From Squalus acanthias (lineage: Eukaryota): a stretch of DNA of 64,000 bases. Made by a program: the position numbers and the translations under genes. The stretch spans positions 23,622,001 to 23,686,000 of the forward strand of contig CM059441.1 of the NCBI GenBank assembly GCA_030390025.1. The letters are read 5' to 3'. Numbering within the stretch: position 1 is the stretch's first letter; the number at the start of each line of letters is the position of its first letter. The notes beneath the pieces were generated by a model. It did no database searches. It saw only the letters and a program-made list of their open reading frames with translations, and was not told where the DNA came from. Positions 1 through 12,576 of this stretch are shown one piece after another.

Positions 1-447
1 TTTTTTAATTCTTTGCGGAATTGATGGGATGTGATGTTTTTCTAAAAGGTGTAATCTGCGTGGAGACATCTAAAGGGAACTCAGACACCATCTGCTATTA
101 AAGCAGTCCAAAATTTGATGGCAAGTTATTAGCTGTTAGGATTTGAAAAAAAAACAAACAGAATATTAAATTTATAGCCTAAAACTCTAGTTGGATCAGA
201 TCCCTGGGACAGGATGGTGTTGGGATCTGAAGCCCTCCCCTTGTAGCAGAGTCTGGACAATTGAAAACAACTTACCTTTCGACAGCACTCTCCACGTTAC
301 AGCAGGGTTGCCAACTCTGATTGGACGTATTCCAGGAGATTTCATCGCATGACCTCCAACCCCACGCTCCCGCCATTGGTCACCTGACACGTCCATCCTC
401 GTGGTGCCCCACCTTCCCACGCCCATTGGAAAGCGAACAGACTCTTC

Positions 448-1343
448 GGGCTGGATTTTGTCTTGGGGTCGGGTTGGGGTCGTGATACCCGCATTTCGTG
501 TTGCCCCCCCGACTCCAGATTAATGTGGATGAATGATGCAATTTTCACTTAATTGGGCAATTGAGTTCCAGCATGTGGGAACCCATGACCCAATTAGTGG
601 TTTCAGTCTGAAAGTCGCCTCTGATGATGTCATCATTGCAGGTCAGAGACTGACTGCCTGGTCTCAGAGATTGCCTGGCCTTTGCTGTGAGCGGACCTGG
701 ATGNNNNNNNNNNNNNNNNNNNNNNNNNNNNNNNNNNNNNNNNNNNNNNNNNNNNNNNNNNNNNNNNNNNNNNNNNNNNNNNNNNNNNNNNNNNNNNNNN
801 NNNNNNNNNNNNNNNNNNNNNNNNNNNNNNNNNNNNNNNNNNNNNNNNNNNNNNNNNNNNNNNNNNNNNNNNNNNNNNNNNNNNCAAGTCCTCCCAGGCA
901 GTCTCTGAAGACATTCAATGCAGCAGCATCAGAGGCGACTTTCAGACCTAATACTACTACTACCTTCATCACAATACTACTACTACCTTCATCACATCTC
1001 CGTTGTAATAGTGGACCTGCAGCTGATAGTCAGCTATCCACTTGTGCTCCCGCCAGGTTTCACTGGCATGTTTCACATCAGGCGTACTTCACGTCGGAAA
1101 AGGGTTAAACTAGCTAAAACGTTTCAAAATGGCGTTACAGAGCCAATTTAGGGCTTGTTAAGGGCTTTAATGGCCGCTCCCGCCTCTTGGAGGCGGGACG
1201 GAGTCGGGAACCCCGCGACCGATTTTGTCAAAATTGCGTGGAGGCGGAATGGAGTCGGGATGGGGTCGGGACCCCCGAATCTGCAACTTTAACCCCCCAC
1301 ACACCTCCAAACCCGACTCCACGGGTCATTGAAAATCCAGCCC
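448..1343. mobile_element. PIF/Harbinger-like MITE spanning the assembly gap
   Basis: TIRs GGGCTGGATTTT / AAAATCCAGCCC; perfect 3-bp TSD TTC (445-447, 1344-1346). Confidence 0.8.
704..884. other. Assembly gap (181 N)
   Basis: Run of N. Confidence 1.
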
Positions 1344-2417
1344 TTCGTTACCCGAATGGATGATTCCTGACCGTTAATCTATCAACCCTTTTCCTCCAAT
1401 CAGCAATATTTTTATTACTAATAAACAAAAGTGCTCAAAGAAAATGAAAAATGCCCCCCATGTTTTTTTCTCCAGGTTTTGCTTGGAGGAGTGGCCTGGA
1501 CATTTATCTTCAATTCCTGGAGACCCCAGGCCAATCATGGCAGGTTGGCAACCTTCTGTTACAGAAGTATCTCGGGGCGCTGTACAGAGTAGAGTACACT
1601 GAGCAGCAATGAGAAGGGTAATAGAGGGCATGGGGTTGGGTGAGAGCACTGTGGAAGAGAAGGGTGGTTAGAAGGCTTTTGAAAGCTGAGAGCGAGGCGA
1701 GAAGGCAGAGGTGCTGAAAGGGGGGAGATGAGAAGGGTGGGTAAAAGGTACCTGAAGGAGCAGTCGCTGAGGGTTGGGGCAGAAAGAGATAAAAGAGAAG
1801 AGAAGATGGGGTAAACTAGGAGATCAGCATTAGGTGGCACCAATCTTCAGTTTTAAAGGCTGAAGTTGGATGAAAAGACTTGGGGAGGTGAGGAATCCCA
1901 GAAATACCCAAAGAAAGAATCAATTAATATTTATTGATGCTTTAATAAAATCCAGACTTCAATGTTTGAAATCCCGAAAACACAATTTCTATTATTGCTA
2001 AAAAGAAATTGCACTTTTCTTTTTAAAGCACCTTCTCCATTGGATGATGCCATGGGCTTAACTGATACCTCAACCTGTGACATCATCAGCAGGGCGATCC
2101 ATTCAGATTGTGGAGGGTGGGGGGAGTGAAATAACTTAATCCAGGCAACACACTAAGAGGATAGTCTGTGTCATTGCTCAGCATTTAAATAGAGTTATTT
2201 AGCATGAAATATCACTTTGCCAGATGGCATTCAGTTGTGATGCATTAATTCAGGACTAATTTAGGCTTCTTAAACCATATTTCCCAGAGCGGGGCATCAT
2301 TTTAGCATAGAAGAGTTTTTCTGCTGATCTTCTGAACTGGCCAGTGTCCTCACTAAATTTCGAATGGAGTGGACATCACTCTGTGAAATGACGGCATTAA
2401 CATGTAACTTATGCCTT

Positions 2418-3000
2418 TGTTACCTCTAGACCTGACTATTCCAACGCACTCCTTGCCGGCCTCCCATGTTCTACCCTATGTAAACTTGAGGTCATCCAAA
2501 ACACTGCTGCCCGTGTCCTAACTCGCACCAAGTCCCGTTCGCCCATCACCCTTGTGCTCGCTGACCTACATTGGCTCCCGGTTAAGCAACGTCTCAATTT
2601 TAAAATTCTCATCCTTCTTTTCAAATCCCTCCATGGCCTCGCCCCCTCCCTATCTCTGTAATCTCCTCCAGCTCCACAACCCCCACCGAGATCTCTGCGC
2701 TCCTCTAATTATTGAGCATCCCTGATTTTAATCGCTCAACCATTGGTGGCCGTGCCTTCTGTTGCCTGGGCCCTAAGCTCTGGAATTCCCTGTCTAAACC
2801 TCTCCGCCTTTCTACCTCTCTTTCCTCCTTTAAGACACTCCTTAAAACCTACCCCTTTGACCAAGCTTTTGGTCACCTGCCCTAATTTCTCCTTATGTGG
2901 CTTGGTGTCAAATTTTTTGTCTTATAATCCTCCTGTGAAGCGCCTTGGGACGTTTTACTACGTTAAAGGCGCTATATAAATACAAGTTGCTGTTGTTGTT
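2418..3000 (+). mobile_element. L2-clade LINE 3' fragment
   Basis: Encodes RLDYSNALLAGLP...LHWLPV C-terminal motifs; ends in AAAGGCGCTATATAAATACAAGTTG(TTG)n tail. Confidence 0.85.
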
Positions 3001-3319
3001 ATGAAATTCCTGTGTCTGAGCTGATAATAAATTGGTCAAACTGTTTATATTTAAATGGGTTACTGTTGTAATTGGGACCAAAGGAATTTCACACAAGTGT
3101 TTTAAGATGTTCATTACGAATATCGCACAGTGTGATTTTACCCCAAGAAAACATCCCAAGGCACTTCACAGAGGTGTATGGAAAAAATAGATGCGAAAGG
3201 AGGACAAATGACTAAAAGAAAGAAAGACATGCATTTCTATCGCGCCTTTCACGACCACCGGATGCCCCAAAGCGCTTTACAGCCAATGAAGTACTTTTGA
3301 AGTCACTGTTGTAAAAGCT

Positions 3320-4020
3320 GGGCTGAAGAGGTGGGTTTTAATTACTGTGCTCAATATCCATGAGCTCTTCGCACTTGTTGGAGGTGAGGGTGGTGGGGGC
3401 AGGGAAGAGGCGTTTAATGAGATGGGGTTTAGTGGAGAAAAGAAGTCACGGGTTATATTTGCGCTCCAGTAGTGGGTGGTTTTGGAAGAGGAGAGTGAGG
3501 CCTGAAAGCACTAGATGTGTCCAACCAGATCTGGTGATGGTTGGCTAAGTCAAGGTGTGCACTAGGTACACTCAAGTCTGTGACCCTTGGACCTGAGGGA
3601 GCAAAGATGGGGGCCATACCGAGGGAACAACCAAGAAGGGAGAGAGTAAATGTTTTTGCTGGGGACAAAGGCATCAAAGGTGGTGATGAGGAAGTGGCTG
3701 AGAGAATCGACAGCTGCAGAAGTGAATAGAAGGCCAATTGCTAGAGAGTTGGAAGTTTGAAAGTGCAGTTGTAAATGACTTAGGGGAGAGTCTTTTTCCA
3801 AGAATGGATGCAGAAGGAAGTGGGCTTGGAAGGGGGTAGGGGGGTGCGGCTGGTAAGTGTTAAAAGGAAGTGGGTGAAGTTGGTTCATGTCAGTGGTCGA
3901 GACCATGGAAGTAGAGAGGATGAGGCAGATGGCAGTGTCGAGGGGGTGGTAGTGATTATGGTAGGAGAGTTTATATGAAGGGAGGACAGGAGGGCAGTGA
4001 ATTCAGAGGAAAGAGGGGCT
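3320..4020 (-). mobile_element. Old, degraded LINE (probably L2) internal fragment
   Basis: Purine-rich + strand; minus-strand translation resembles degraded EN-RT linker (LSATSSSPPLMPLSP...). Confidence 0.4.
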
Positions 4021-4056
4021 ACTACACTTTTCTTGATGGATAACTTCACAAAACAG

Positions 4057-4303
4057 AGCTGTCGGAGGTGCCGTCTTTCGGATGAGATGTTAAACCGAGG
4101 CCCCGTCTGCCCTCTTGGGTGGATGTAAAAGATCCCACGGCACTATTTTGAAGAAGAGCAGGGGAGTTATTCCCGGTGTCCTGGCCAGTGTTTCTCCCTC
4201 AACCAACATAACAAAAACAGATGATCTGGTCATTTCCACATTGCTGTTTGTGGGAGCTTGCTGTGCGCAAATTGGCTGCCGCGTTGCCCACATTACAACA
4301 GTA
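4057..4303 (+). mobile_element. DeuSINE (SacSINE1-like) fragment
   Basis: Core GGAGGTGCCGTCTTTCGGATGAGA...GGCACTATT...GAAGAGCAGGGGAG shared with other copies in the window. Confidence 0.8.
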
Positions 4304-5400
4304 ACACTGGCACTATGTAGTGCAATAGTGAGTGATACAGGCCAGGAAAGTCACAGGTTCAAGAAAGAAAGAGCTTGCATTTATATAGCGCCTTTCACGA
4401 CCTCAGGACATCCCAAAGTGCTTTACAGCCAATGAGGGACCTTTGAAGTGTAATCACTGGGGTAATGTGGGGAAACGTGGCAGCCAATTTGCGCACAGCA
4501 AGGACCAAGTCTAAGTGGGCAGTCTGAGAATGACACTGTATTCATAAACTGCTTACTTTCCAGTTCATTTACATTATTCCATTGCCTCTACACATTATGT
4601 GCTCGCTGCTGTCACTGAACAAAAGATAATTTAAGGAACAACTTTAGCAACAAACAGATCCCCTGAAATCCATCACGTAAACAGCTCAATACCTATGTTT
4701 TCCTGAGATAGGCAAATTAAAGATGGCCTGTTCTAAGTTCCCAACGAGACTTCATAATTAGCTTGAAAGACAGTGCAATTCCTTCTTGTTTCAATTATGG
4801 TCATAAAAAGGGAGTAATGTATTCTTTCTGCCTTATCTTAGCCACTGCTCAACAGGATTTTATTTTACTACTTTCTAACTGATGAGCTATATGCAATATT
4901 TATACATTCATTTGCTCTTTTCCTCCAATATCTCTTTGCCTGAAGGCAATGATGTGCTAAGGTGCACTGGCAGGTCTCCAACCCCCTTGCTCAAGTGTTC
5001 AGCCCTTCAGTCTGAACCTCGGCTGTGAGAATTCCTTCATCGCGCAATCACAGTGTGCGTTTTAGCCGAGTTCAACTCTGACCCCACCCAATCTCTGCAC
5101 AGGCACCTTCCAGCAAAGATTACTGGACAGCAGGATTCTTACTGTTAACACGAGCAAGATTAGGTCATTCAGACAGACTGATTATGGTCACGGTGTTGGT
5201 CCTTGCTGTGCGCAATTTGGCTGCCACGTTTCCCCACATTACCCCAGTGATTACACTTCAAAGGTCCCTCATTGGCTGTAAAGCACTTTGGGATGTCCTG
5301 AGGTCGTGAAAGGCGCTATAGATATGCAAGCTCTTTCTTTCTTGAGCCTGTGACATTCCTGGCCTGTATAACTCACTATTGCACTACATAGTGCCAGTGT
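4304..5400. repeat. Inverted duplication: 205-bp arms 4304-4508 and 5196-5400 (about 97% identical), 687-bp spacer
   Basis: Direct reverse-complement comparison shows about 6 mismatches; arms include SINE tail plus about 55 bp of non-SINE sequence. Confidence 0.9.
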
Positions 5401-5868
5401 CAGCTGTGGCTCAGTTGGTAGCACACTTCACCTCTGAGTTAGAAGGTCATGGGTTCAAGTCGCACTCCAGGGACTTGCGCATATAGAGCCAGGCTGACGC
5501 TCCCAGTGCAGTGCTGAGGGAGCGCTGCACTGTTGGAGGTGCCATCTTTCAGATGAGACGTTAAACCGAGGCCCCGTCTGCTCTCTCAAGTGGATGTAAA
5601 AGATCTTGTGGCACTATTCCGAAGAAGAGTAGGGGAGTTATCCCCAGTGTCCTGGCCAATATTTCTTCCGCAACCAACATAACAAAAACAGATTATCTGG
5701 TCATTATCTCATTGCTGTTTGTGGGACCTTGCTGTGTGCAAATTGGCTGCTGTATTTCCCACATTACAACAATGACTCCACTTCAAAGAGTACTTCATTG
5801 GCTGTAAAGCACTTTGAAATGTCCGGTGGTTGTGAAAGGCGCTACAGAATAGCAAGTCTTTCTTTCTT
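5397..5868 (+). mobile_element. Full-length tRNA-derived DeuSINE (SacSINE1-like)
   Basis: A box TGGCTCAGTTGG, B box GGTTCAAGTC, Deu core, L2-like tail AAGGCGCTA...GCAAGTCTTTC. Confidence 0.85.
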
Positions 5869-5897
5869 GATAGTGCAGTTGCCTGTGTAACACTGAA

Positions 5898-5912
5898 CCA
5901 CCAGGGGGCGAT
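5898..5912 (+). promoter_or_regulatory. CTCF core motif match
   Basis: CCACCAGGGGGCG matches the CTCF consensus; motif evidence only. Confidence 0.4.
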
Positions 5913-5948
5913 GCTGTTGGTTTCAACGCCTTTCACTGTTTACACAAT

Positions 5949-6689
5949 GGGCCAGAAATTCGGGTCTCCACGGGTGAGTGATGCGCTGTGTACTCACCCG
6001 TAGACCCAACGAAAGTGCCGGTACTGCGCATGCGCTGGAAACCGGAACTTCCGTTCCCCTGAAGGAAGGGGTTCAGAGGTCGAACGCGTGTGCCGGAGAG
6101 GCAGCGAACTTCGGTTTTTTTTCCAGGTTTCTCCGTGAGGGTAAGTACGGAGAAGTTGCGCAGGAAAAAAGGAGGCGCAAGGCCTGCTTTTAACAAGGTA
6201 AGTGGTGAATTAAGTACAATTTAAACATTTTTTCAACAGGTTTATCTTTTTTACATACTTTAAAGAAAGGTAAGTTTATTTTTAGCACCATTAAAAAGTG
6301 TAATTAATTTTTTCAAAAATTTAAATTTTTGTTTAAAGTAGTTAATTTATGTAATTTATAGTTATTTTTAAAATGTGATTTTAAAAAATTTATTTGAAGT
6401 TTTAGTGAGGTTTTGGGGCCGATCTCTATTCATAGATTTGACAGGTCTTCCTGTCAAAGTCTATGAATGGAGATTCCCTGCTCCGATTGGCTCTCCATGG
6501 CCCACGTGATCCCAGGGGATGCTTCAAACTAACTGCGCCCCTGGGATACGCAAGCACTGCGCGCCGGCAGCTGCAGGAGGCCCAGGAGCCGAATTTCACG
6601 CGGGCCCGAAGCACAACGGCAGGCACGCTAGGTAAGTACGCGCGCGATCCTTGCACCTGCAGGAAGCCGGAGAGCCGAATTTCTGGCCC
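5949..6689. mobile_element. PIF/Harbinger-like MITE (741 bp), CpG-rich ends and AT-rich centre
   Basis: 21-bp TIR GGGCCAGAAATTCGG(G/C)TCTCC; flanks AAT / ATT. Confidence 0.8.
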
Positions 6690-6805
6690 ATTATCTCCTG
6701 CCTGGTAAGGTGCTCTGGTTTGCAGGTGTCTGCTCACTGAGCTGCTGTCAGTAACTGCTTCATAACAGATGACAGGACACAAGGGTTATTGTTGTTCTTT
6801 AGTAT

Positions 6806-7046
6806 ACTTTCTTCATTCAGAGGGTTGTGAATCTTTGGAATTCTCTGCCCCAAAGGGCTGTGGATGCTGAATCGCTGATTATATTCAAGACTGAGATAGA
6901 TAACTTTTTGGACTGTAGGGGAATCGAGGGACATGGGGATCAGGCGGGAAAGTGGAGTTGAGGTCGAATATCAGCCAGGATCTTATTGAATGGCAGAGCA
7001 GGCTCGAGGGGCCGAATGGCTCACTCCTGCTCCTAATTCTTATGTT
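6806..7046 (+). mobile_element. CR1 LINE 3' end
   Basis: FFIQRVVNLWNSLP motif, GGCCGAATGGC stem and TTCTTATG tail. Confidence 0.85.
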
Positions 7047-7159
7047 GGTTTTTCCTCCTTCAAGTCTTGACTCCCATTCAATGGGAGTTCAGTAGTGTAC
7101 TGATCTATTTAGAAAATCCTGCACATGGGTACTTAACATGATTATTTTTTTCCTGGGCC

Positions 7160-7440
7160 ACTTCAGAGAGCAGTTAAAAGTCAACCATTTTGGTGTGGGA
7201 TTGTAGTCACATATAGGCCAGACCGGGAAAGGATGGCAGGACTCCTTCCTGAAAGAGCATCAGCTATTCAGTTAGGACAATTGGATAGCTTCATGATCAC
7301 TTTTACAGATACCAATTTTTTAAATTATTGTTTCCAGATTTATTTTAAACTAATTTAAATTCTCAAACTGCCATGGTGGGGTTTGAATTTGCACCCATTT
7401 AGAATGATCAGTCCCGGCCTCGAGATTGCTAGTCCACTAC
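7160..7440 (-). mobile_element. tRNA-derived SINE family 2 (MetaSINE/MER131-like, tentative), degraded
   Basis: Reverse complement of the 14958-15327 copy (GTCACATATAGGCCAGACCGGG...). Confidence 0.6.
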
Positions 7441-7504
7441 CCCCCATGGGACTAGATGCTCTCCTGCTGGAGGATGAGGACACTGATAACCCTTTATAGT
7501 TTTT

Positions 7505-10145
7505 TATTTTATTCATTTGCGGGATGTGGGCGTCGCTGGCAAGGCCGGCATTTATTGCCCATCCCTAATTGCCCTTGAGAAGGTGGTGGTGAGCCTCCTT
7601 CTTGAACCGCTGCAGTCCGTGTGGTGAAGGTGCTCCCACAGTGCTGTTAGGGAGGGAGTTCCAGGATTTTGACCCAGCGACGATGAAGGATCGGCGATAT
7701 ATTTCCAAGTCAGGATGGTCTGTGACTTGAAGGGGAACTTGGAGGTTATGGTGTTCCCATGCGCCTGCTGCCCTTGTCCTTCTAGGTGGTAGAGGTCGCG
7801 GGTTTGGGAGGTGCTATCGAAGGAGCCTTGGCGAGTTGCTGCAGTGCATCTTGTAGATGGTACACACTGCAGCCACGGTACGCCGGTGGTGCAGGGAGTG
7901 AATGTTTAAGGTGGTGGATGGGGTGCCGATTAGACAGCTGCTTTGTCCTGGATGGTGTTGAGCTTCTTGAGTGTTGTTGGAGCTGCACTTATTCAAGCAA
8001 GTGGAGAGTATTCCATCACACTCCTGACTTGCGCCTTGTAGATGGTGGGAAGGCTTTGGGGAGTCAGGAGGAGCGTCACTTGCTGCAGAATACCTAGCCT
8101 CTGACCAGCTCTTGTTGCCACAGTATTTATGTGGCTGGTCCAGGTAAGTTTCTAGTCAATGGTGACCCCCAGGATGTTGATGGTGGGGGATTTGACAATG
8201 GTAGTGCCACTGAATGTCAAGCGGAGGTGCTTAGACTCTCTCTTGTTGGAGATGGCCATTGCCTGGCACTTGTGTGGCGCGAATGTTACTTGCCTCTCAT
8301 CAGCCCAAGCCTAGATGTTGTTCAGGTCCTGTTATATGTGGGCACGGACTGCTTCATTATCTGAGGAATTGTGAATGGAACTGAACACTGTGCAATCATC
8401 AGCAAACATCCCCTCTTCTGACCTTATGATGGAGGGAAGGCCATTGATGAAGCAGCTGAAGATGGTTGGGCCTAGGACACTGCCCTGAGGAACTCCTGCA
8501 GTGATGTCCTAGGACTGAGATGATAGGCCTCCAACAACCACAACCATCTTCCTTTGTTCTAGGTTTGACTCCAGCCAGTGGAGAGTTTTCCCCCTGATCC
8601 CCATTGACTTCAATTTTATTAGGGCTCCTTGATGCCACACTCGGTCCAATGCTGCCTTGATGTGAAGGGCAGTCGCTCTCACCTCACCTCAGGCATTCAG
8701 CTCTTTTGTCCCTGTTTGGACCAAGGCTGTAATGAGGTCTAGAGCCGAGTGATCCTGGCAGAACCCAAACTGAGCATCAGTTAGCAGGTTATTGGTGAGT
8801 AAGTGCCGCTTGATAGCACTGTCGACGACACCTTCCATCACTTTGCTGATGACTGGGGGTAAGCTAATGGGACGGTAATTGGCTGGATTGGATTTGTCCT
8901 GCTATTTGTGGACAGGACACAACTGGGCAGTTTTCCACTTTGTCATGTAGATGCCAGTGTTGTAGCTGTACTGGAACAGCTTGGCTAGAGGCGCGGCTAG
9001 TTCTGGAGCATAAGTCTTCAGCACTGCAGCTGGGATGTTGTTGGGGGCCCGTAGCCTTTACTGTATTCAGTGCGCTCAGCCGTTTCTTGATATCACATGG
9101 CGTGAATCGAATTGGCTGAAGACTGGCATCTGTGATGGACTTCAGGAGGAGGCCGAGATGGATCATCCACTCGGCACTTCTGGCTGAAGATGGTTGCAAA
9201 CGCTTCAGCCTTGTCTTTTGCACTCACGTGCTGAGCTTCACCATCATTGAGGATGGGGATATTCATGGAGCCTCCTCCTCCCGTTAGTTGTTTAATGGTC
9301 CACCACCATTCATGACTGAATGTGGCAGGACTGCAGAGCTTTGATCTGATCCGTTGGTTGTGGGATCGCTTAGCCCTGTCTATTGCATGCTGTTTAGTAT
9401 GCATGTAGTCCTGTGTTGCAGCTTCCCCAGGTTGGCACCTCATTGTTAGATACACCTGGTGCTGCTCCTGGCATGTTCTTCTGCACTCCTCATTGAACCA
9501 GTGTTGGTCCCCTGGCTTGATGGTAATGATAAAGTGAGGGATATACCAGGCCATGAGGTTACAGATTGTGGTGGAATACAATTCTGCTGCTGCTGATGGC
9601 CAACAGCACCTCGTGGATGCCCAGTTTGGAGCTGCTCGATCTGTTCTGAATCTATCCCATTTAGCACAGTGGTAGTGCCACACAACACGATGGAGGGTGT
9701 CCTCCGTGTGAAGATGGGACTTCGTCTCCACAAGGACTGTGCGGTGGTCGCTCCTACCAATACTGTCATTGTCAGATGCATCTGCGACAGGTAGATTGGT
9801 GAGGACGAGGTCAAATAGGTTTTTCCCTCGTGTTGGTTCTCTCACCACCTATCGCAGGCCCAGTCTGGCAGCTATGTCCTTCAGCTATGTCGGCCAGCTC
9901 GGTCAGTAATGGTGCTACCGAGCCACCCTTGGTAATGGATATTGAAGTCTCCCACCCAGAGTACATTCTGTACCCTTGCTATCCTCAGAGCTTCTTCCAA
10001 GTGGTGTTCAACATGAAGGAGTACTGATTCATCAGCTGAGGGAGGGCGGTAGGTGGTAATCAGCAGGAGGTTTCCTCGCCCATGTTTGACCTGAAGCCAT
10101 AAGACTTCATAGGGTCTGGAGTCAATGTTGAGAACTCCCAGGCCC
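7505..10145 (-). mobile_element. CR1-group LINE family B, 2.6-kb 5'-truncated copy with frameshifted EN/RT ORF2
   Basis: APE motifs (YRPP, VGDFN, PTRGKNLFDLVL, SDH) in ORFs 9881-10189 and 9093-9848; RT region homologous to 53806-55357; tail AAGGGCAATTAGGGATGGGCAATAAA. Confidence 0.9.
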
Positions 10146-10279
10146 GAATGTGCACCAAATCTATGAGTGTGACCTAAGAGCACTGCCATCCTGAATTTAC
10201 TTTTAAATCGCCCCGCTGCTCTCTCTATGACCTGGCATCAAACGGGAAGCCCAAGCGCAGAATACCCATCAAAGTAATT

Positions 10280-10682
10280 TCCACTCCAGAGACTTGAGCA
10301 CAAAATCTAGACTGACACTCCAGTACAGTACTGAGGGAGTGCTGCACCGTTGGAGGTGCTGTCTCTCGGATGAGACGTTAAACTGAGGCCCCGTCTGCTC
10401 TCTCAGGTGGATGTAAAAGATCCCACAGGCACTATTTGAAGAAGAGCAGGGGAGTTCTCCTGATGTCCTGGCCAACATTTAGCCCACAACCAACATCACT
10501 TTCTAAAAAAAAGATGATCTGGTCAGTTATTTCAATGCTGTTTGTGGGAGCTTGCTGTGCTCAATTTGGCTGCCGTGTTTCCTACATTACAACAGTGACT
10601 ACCCTTCAAAAAGTACTTCATTGGCTGTAAAGCGCTTTGGGACGTCCTGAGGTCGTGAAAGACGCGATAAAAATGCAAGTTT
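10280..10682 (+). mobile_element. DeuSINE copy lacking most of the tRNA head
   Basis: Similarity to 5397-5868. Confidence 0.85.
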
Positions 10683-11744
10683 ATTAACATGACATCATCA
10701 ACTAGCAATGTTATGACACACAAATGGGACTGGGACAAATATGCAATGGCATCACAGTGTCATCAAGAGGGCAGCCTCGGCCGTGTTATCTCTGGTGAGG
10801 GACTTTTACTCGAGATAGTTATGCCAGCGAGAGGCACTAAGACCCAAGGGCGAGGTTGCGGATATTTTGTTTTTATATACGCAGAGGGATGTTACAACAC
10901 GGACTGCTCTCCTAGAGGCATTAGTGGAAGCTTTTAAGAGAGAAGTGGATCAATATTTGGAAGGAAAGATGTAATGGGGCAGTGAAATGGGACTAAGTGG
11001 TTGGCTCTTGCAAGGAGCTAGTACAAGCACGATGGGCTGGAGGGGGTCCTTATCTGTTGTTAATTCTATATGGTTGTCCTGGCTGCTCGTCTAACAAAAC
11101 CTTTCAGTTTTTTAGCTTCATCTGGCTGACGCCTGCAGGAGATCAAGGCTACGGAGGCTGGGAGCTGAGGATCGATGCTATAGATCTGTAGAGGTGACAG
11201 ACCGAGAGGACCAAGGCATCGGTATAAATAGCTTTCAAGGCGAGTAATGGGCCGGCATTATGTTTGGAGACCAGCTTCCTCACCCTCCCCTTCCCCCTCC
11301 ACCTCCTCCCCCACGCACCTCCCCCTCCTCCCTCACCCCCCCTCCCCACCACAGCTACTGTGCTAGTTGCAAGATCTCAGCATCAGTTATCCTTGGTTGC
11401 TATTGCATTTCAAATGTGTTCATGGAAAAGAATGTCCCAGATGCCATTAATAAAACGGGTTAGCTATTAGGGGTACTAACGGGGGTCAACGATTGAAAGA
11501 AGCAAACTATCTCAGGTATGCAGTCTATTTATTATACACGGTACACATGTAGGATAGCTTTCATTTATTTCTGCACGATCTTACGCGTCAAGTCAATGCG
11601 GTAATAATATACAGCAAGAAGTTAAATGAGTGAAAGATATGAAAAGCATTCCTGCACATTGTCATCACTTATTTATACTTTTTACAGTGTTGGTTGTGTA
11701 CCGTACATATGTCAACATCACAGTCACCGCCCCGCCTTCCTTAT

Positions 11745-12045
11745 AGAATCACACAACAGTACGGCACAGAAGGAGGCCATTCGGCCCATCCAGTTTGCGC
11801 CGGCTCTTTCGACGAGCAATCCAGTTAGTCCCACTCCACCACTCTTCCCCCATATCACTGCAATTTTTTCTCCTTCAAGTATTTATCCAATTCCCTTTTG
11901 AAGGCTACTATTAAATCTGTATTCACCACCCTATCAGGCAGCGCATTCCAAATCCTAACCACTCGTTGCGTAAAAAAGTTTTTCCTCATCTCGCCTCTGG
12001 TTCTTTTGCCAATCGCCTTAAATCTGTGCCCTCTGGTTATCGACA
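11745..12045 (-). mobile_element. CR1 LINE 3' end
   Basis: TRGHRFK...NFFTQRVVRIWNALP in ORF 11855-12052. Confidence 0.85.
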
Positions 12046-12576
12046 CACACAACTGCAGTGCCGGGGAGATGCTCTATCTGTGCGTGTGGATAATTGGCAG
12101 GAAGGTTTGCTATGCCATTTCATACAAGTGGAGTTTGCTTGATAAGTGGGATTTCCAACACATAGTTAATAGGAAAATAATGGTTGTGCTGTAGAAAAAT
12201 GGTTGGGGGTGGGGGAGGGGTGCGGAATAAATAGAAGATGAGGAAGGGAGTAATTCCAGTTAATTTGTAAATAGATCTCAGCCTATGTTATTAGCTCTGG
12301 CACTTTGCTGTGGGTTGAATCGAACATAATTCACAGTCCACTCTCACTTTCTCTTTGTCTAAACACAATACTTCACCTCAGATGCAGGCAGCTAGTGACT
12401 TTGGAAACCAGTGCAGAGTTAACCCTCTATTGATATTGATTGTGCTCTTCAGTAATTACCCAATTCATTCCCAGTGGCTGCAATTTGCACAGACACATTT
12501 GCATTGTCAAACTTTTAAGTATGGAGGCAAGCTAAAGGCTGCTTGAAAGATAGACTTTCTGATTACTGAGTGCTTT

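Larger units (their letters stand above)
303..1556. mobile_element. hAT-type non-autonomous DNA transposon (MITE) with a nested Harbinger-like MITE
   Basis: TIRs AGGGTTGCCAAC (304) and GTTGGCAACCTT (~1544-1555); 8-bp flanks CGTTACAG (295-302) / TGTTACAG (1557-1564), 7/8 identical. Confidence 0.75.

Noticed and set aside
533-1108. 191-aa and overlapping ORFs
   Set aside because: Artefacts of reading through the N gap inside a MITE
5400-5470. tRNA gene
   Set aside because: A/B boxes are the head of a DeuSINE and continue into the SINE body; the same holds for the other copies
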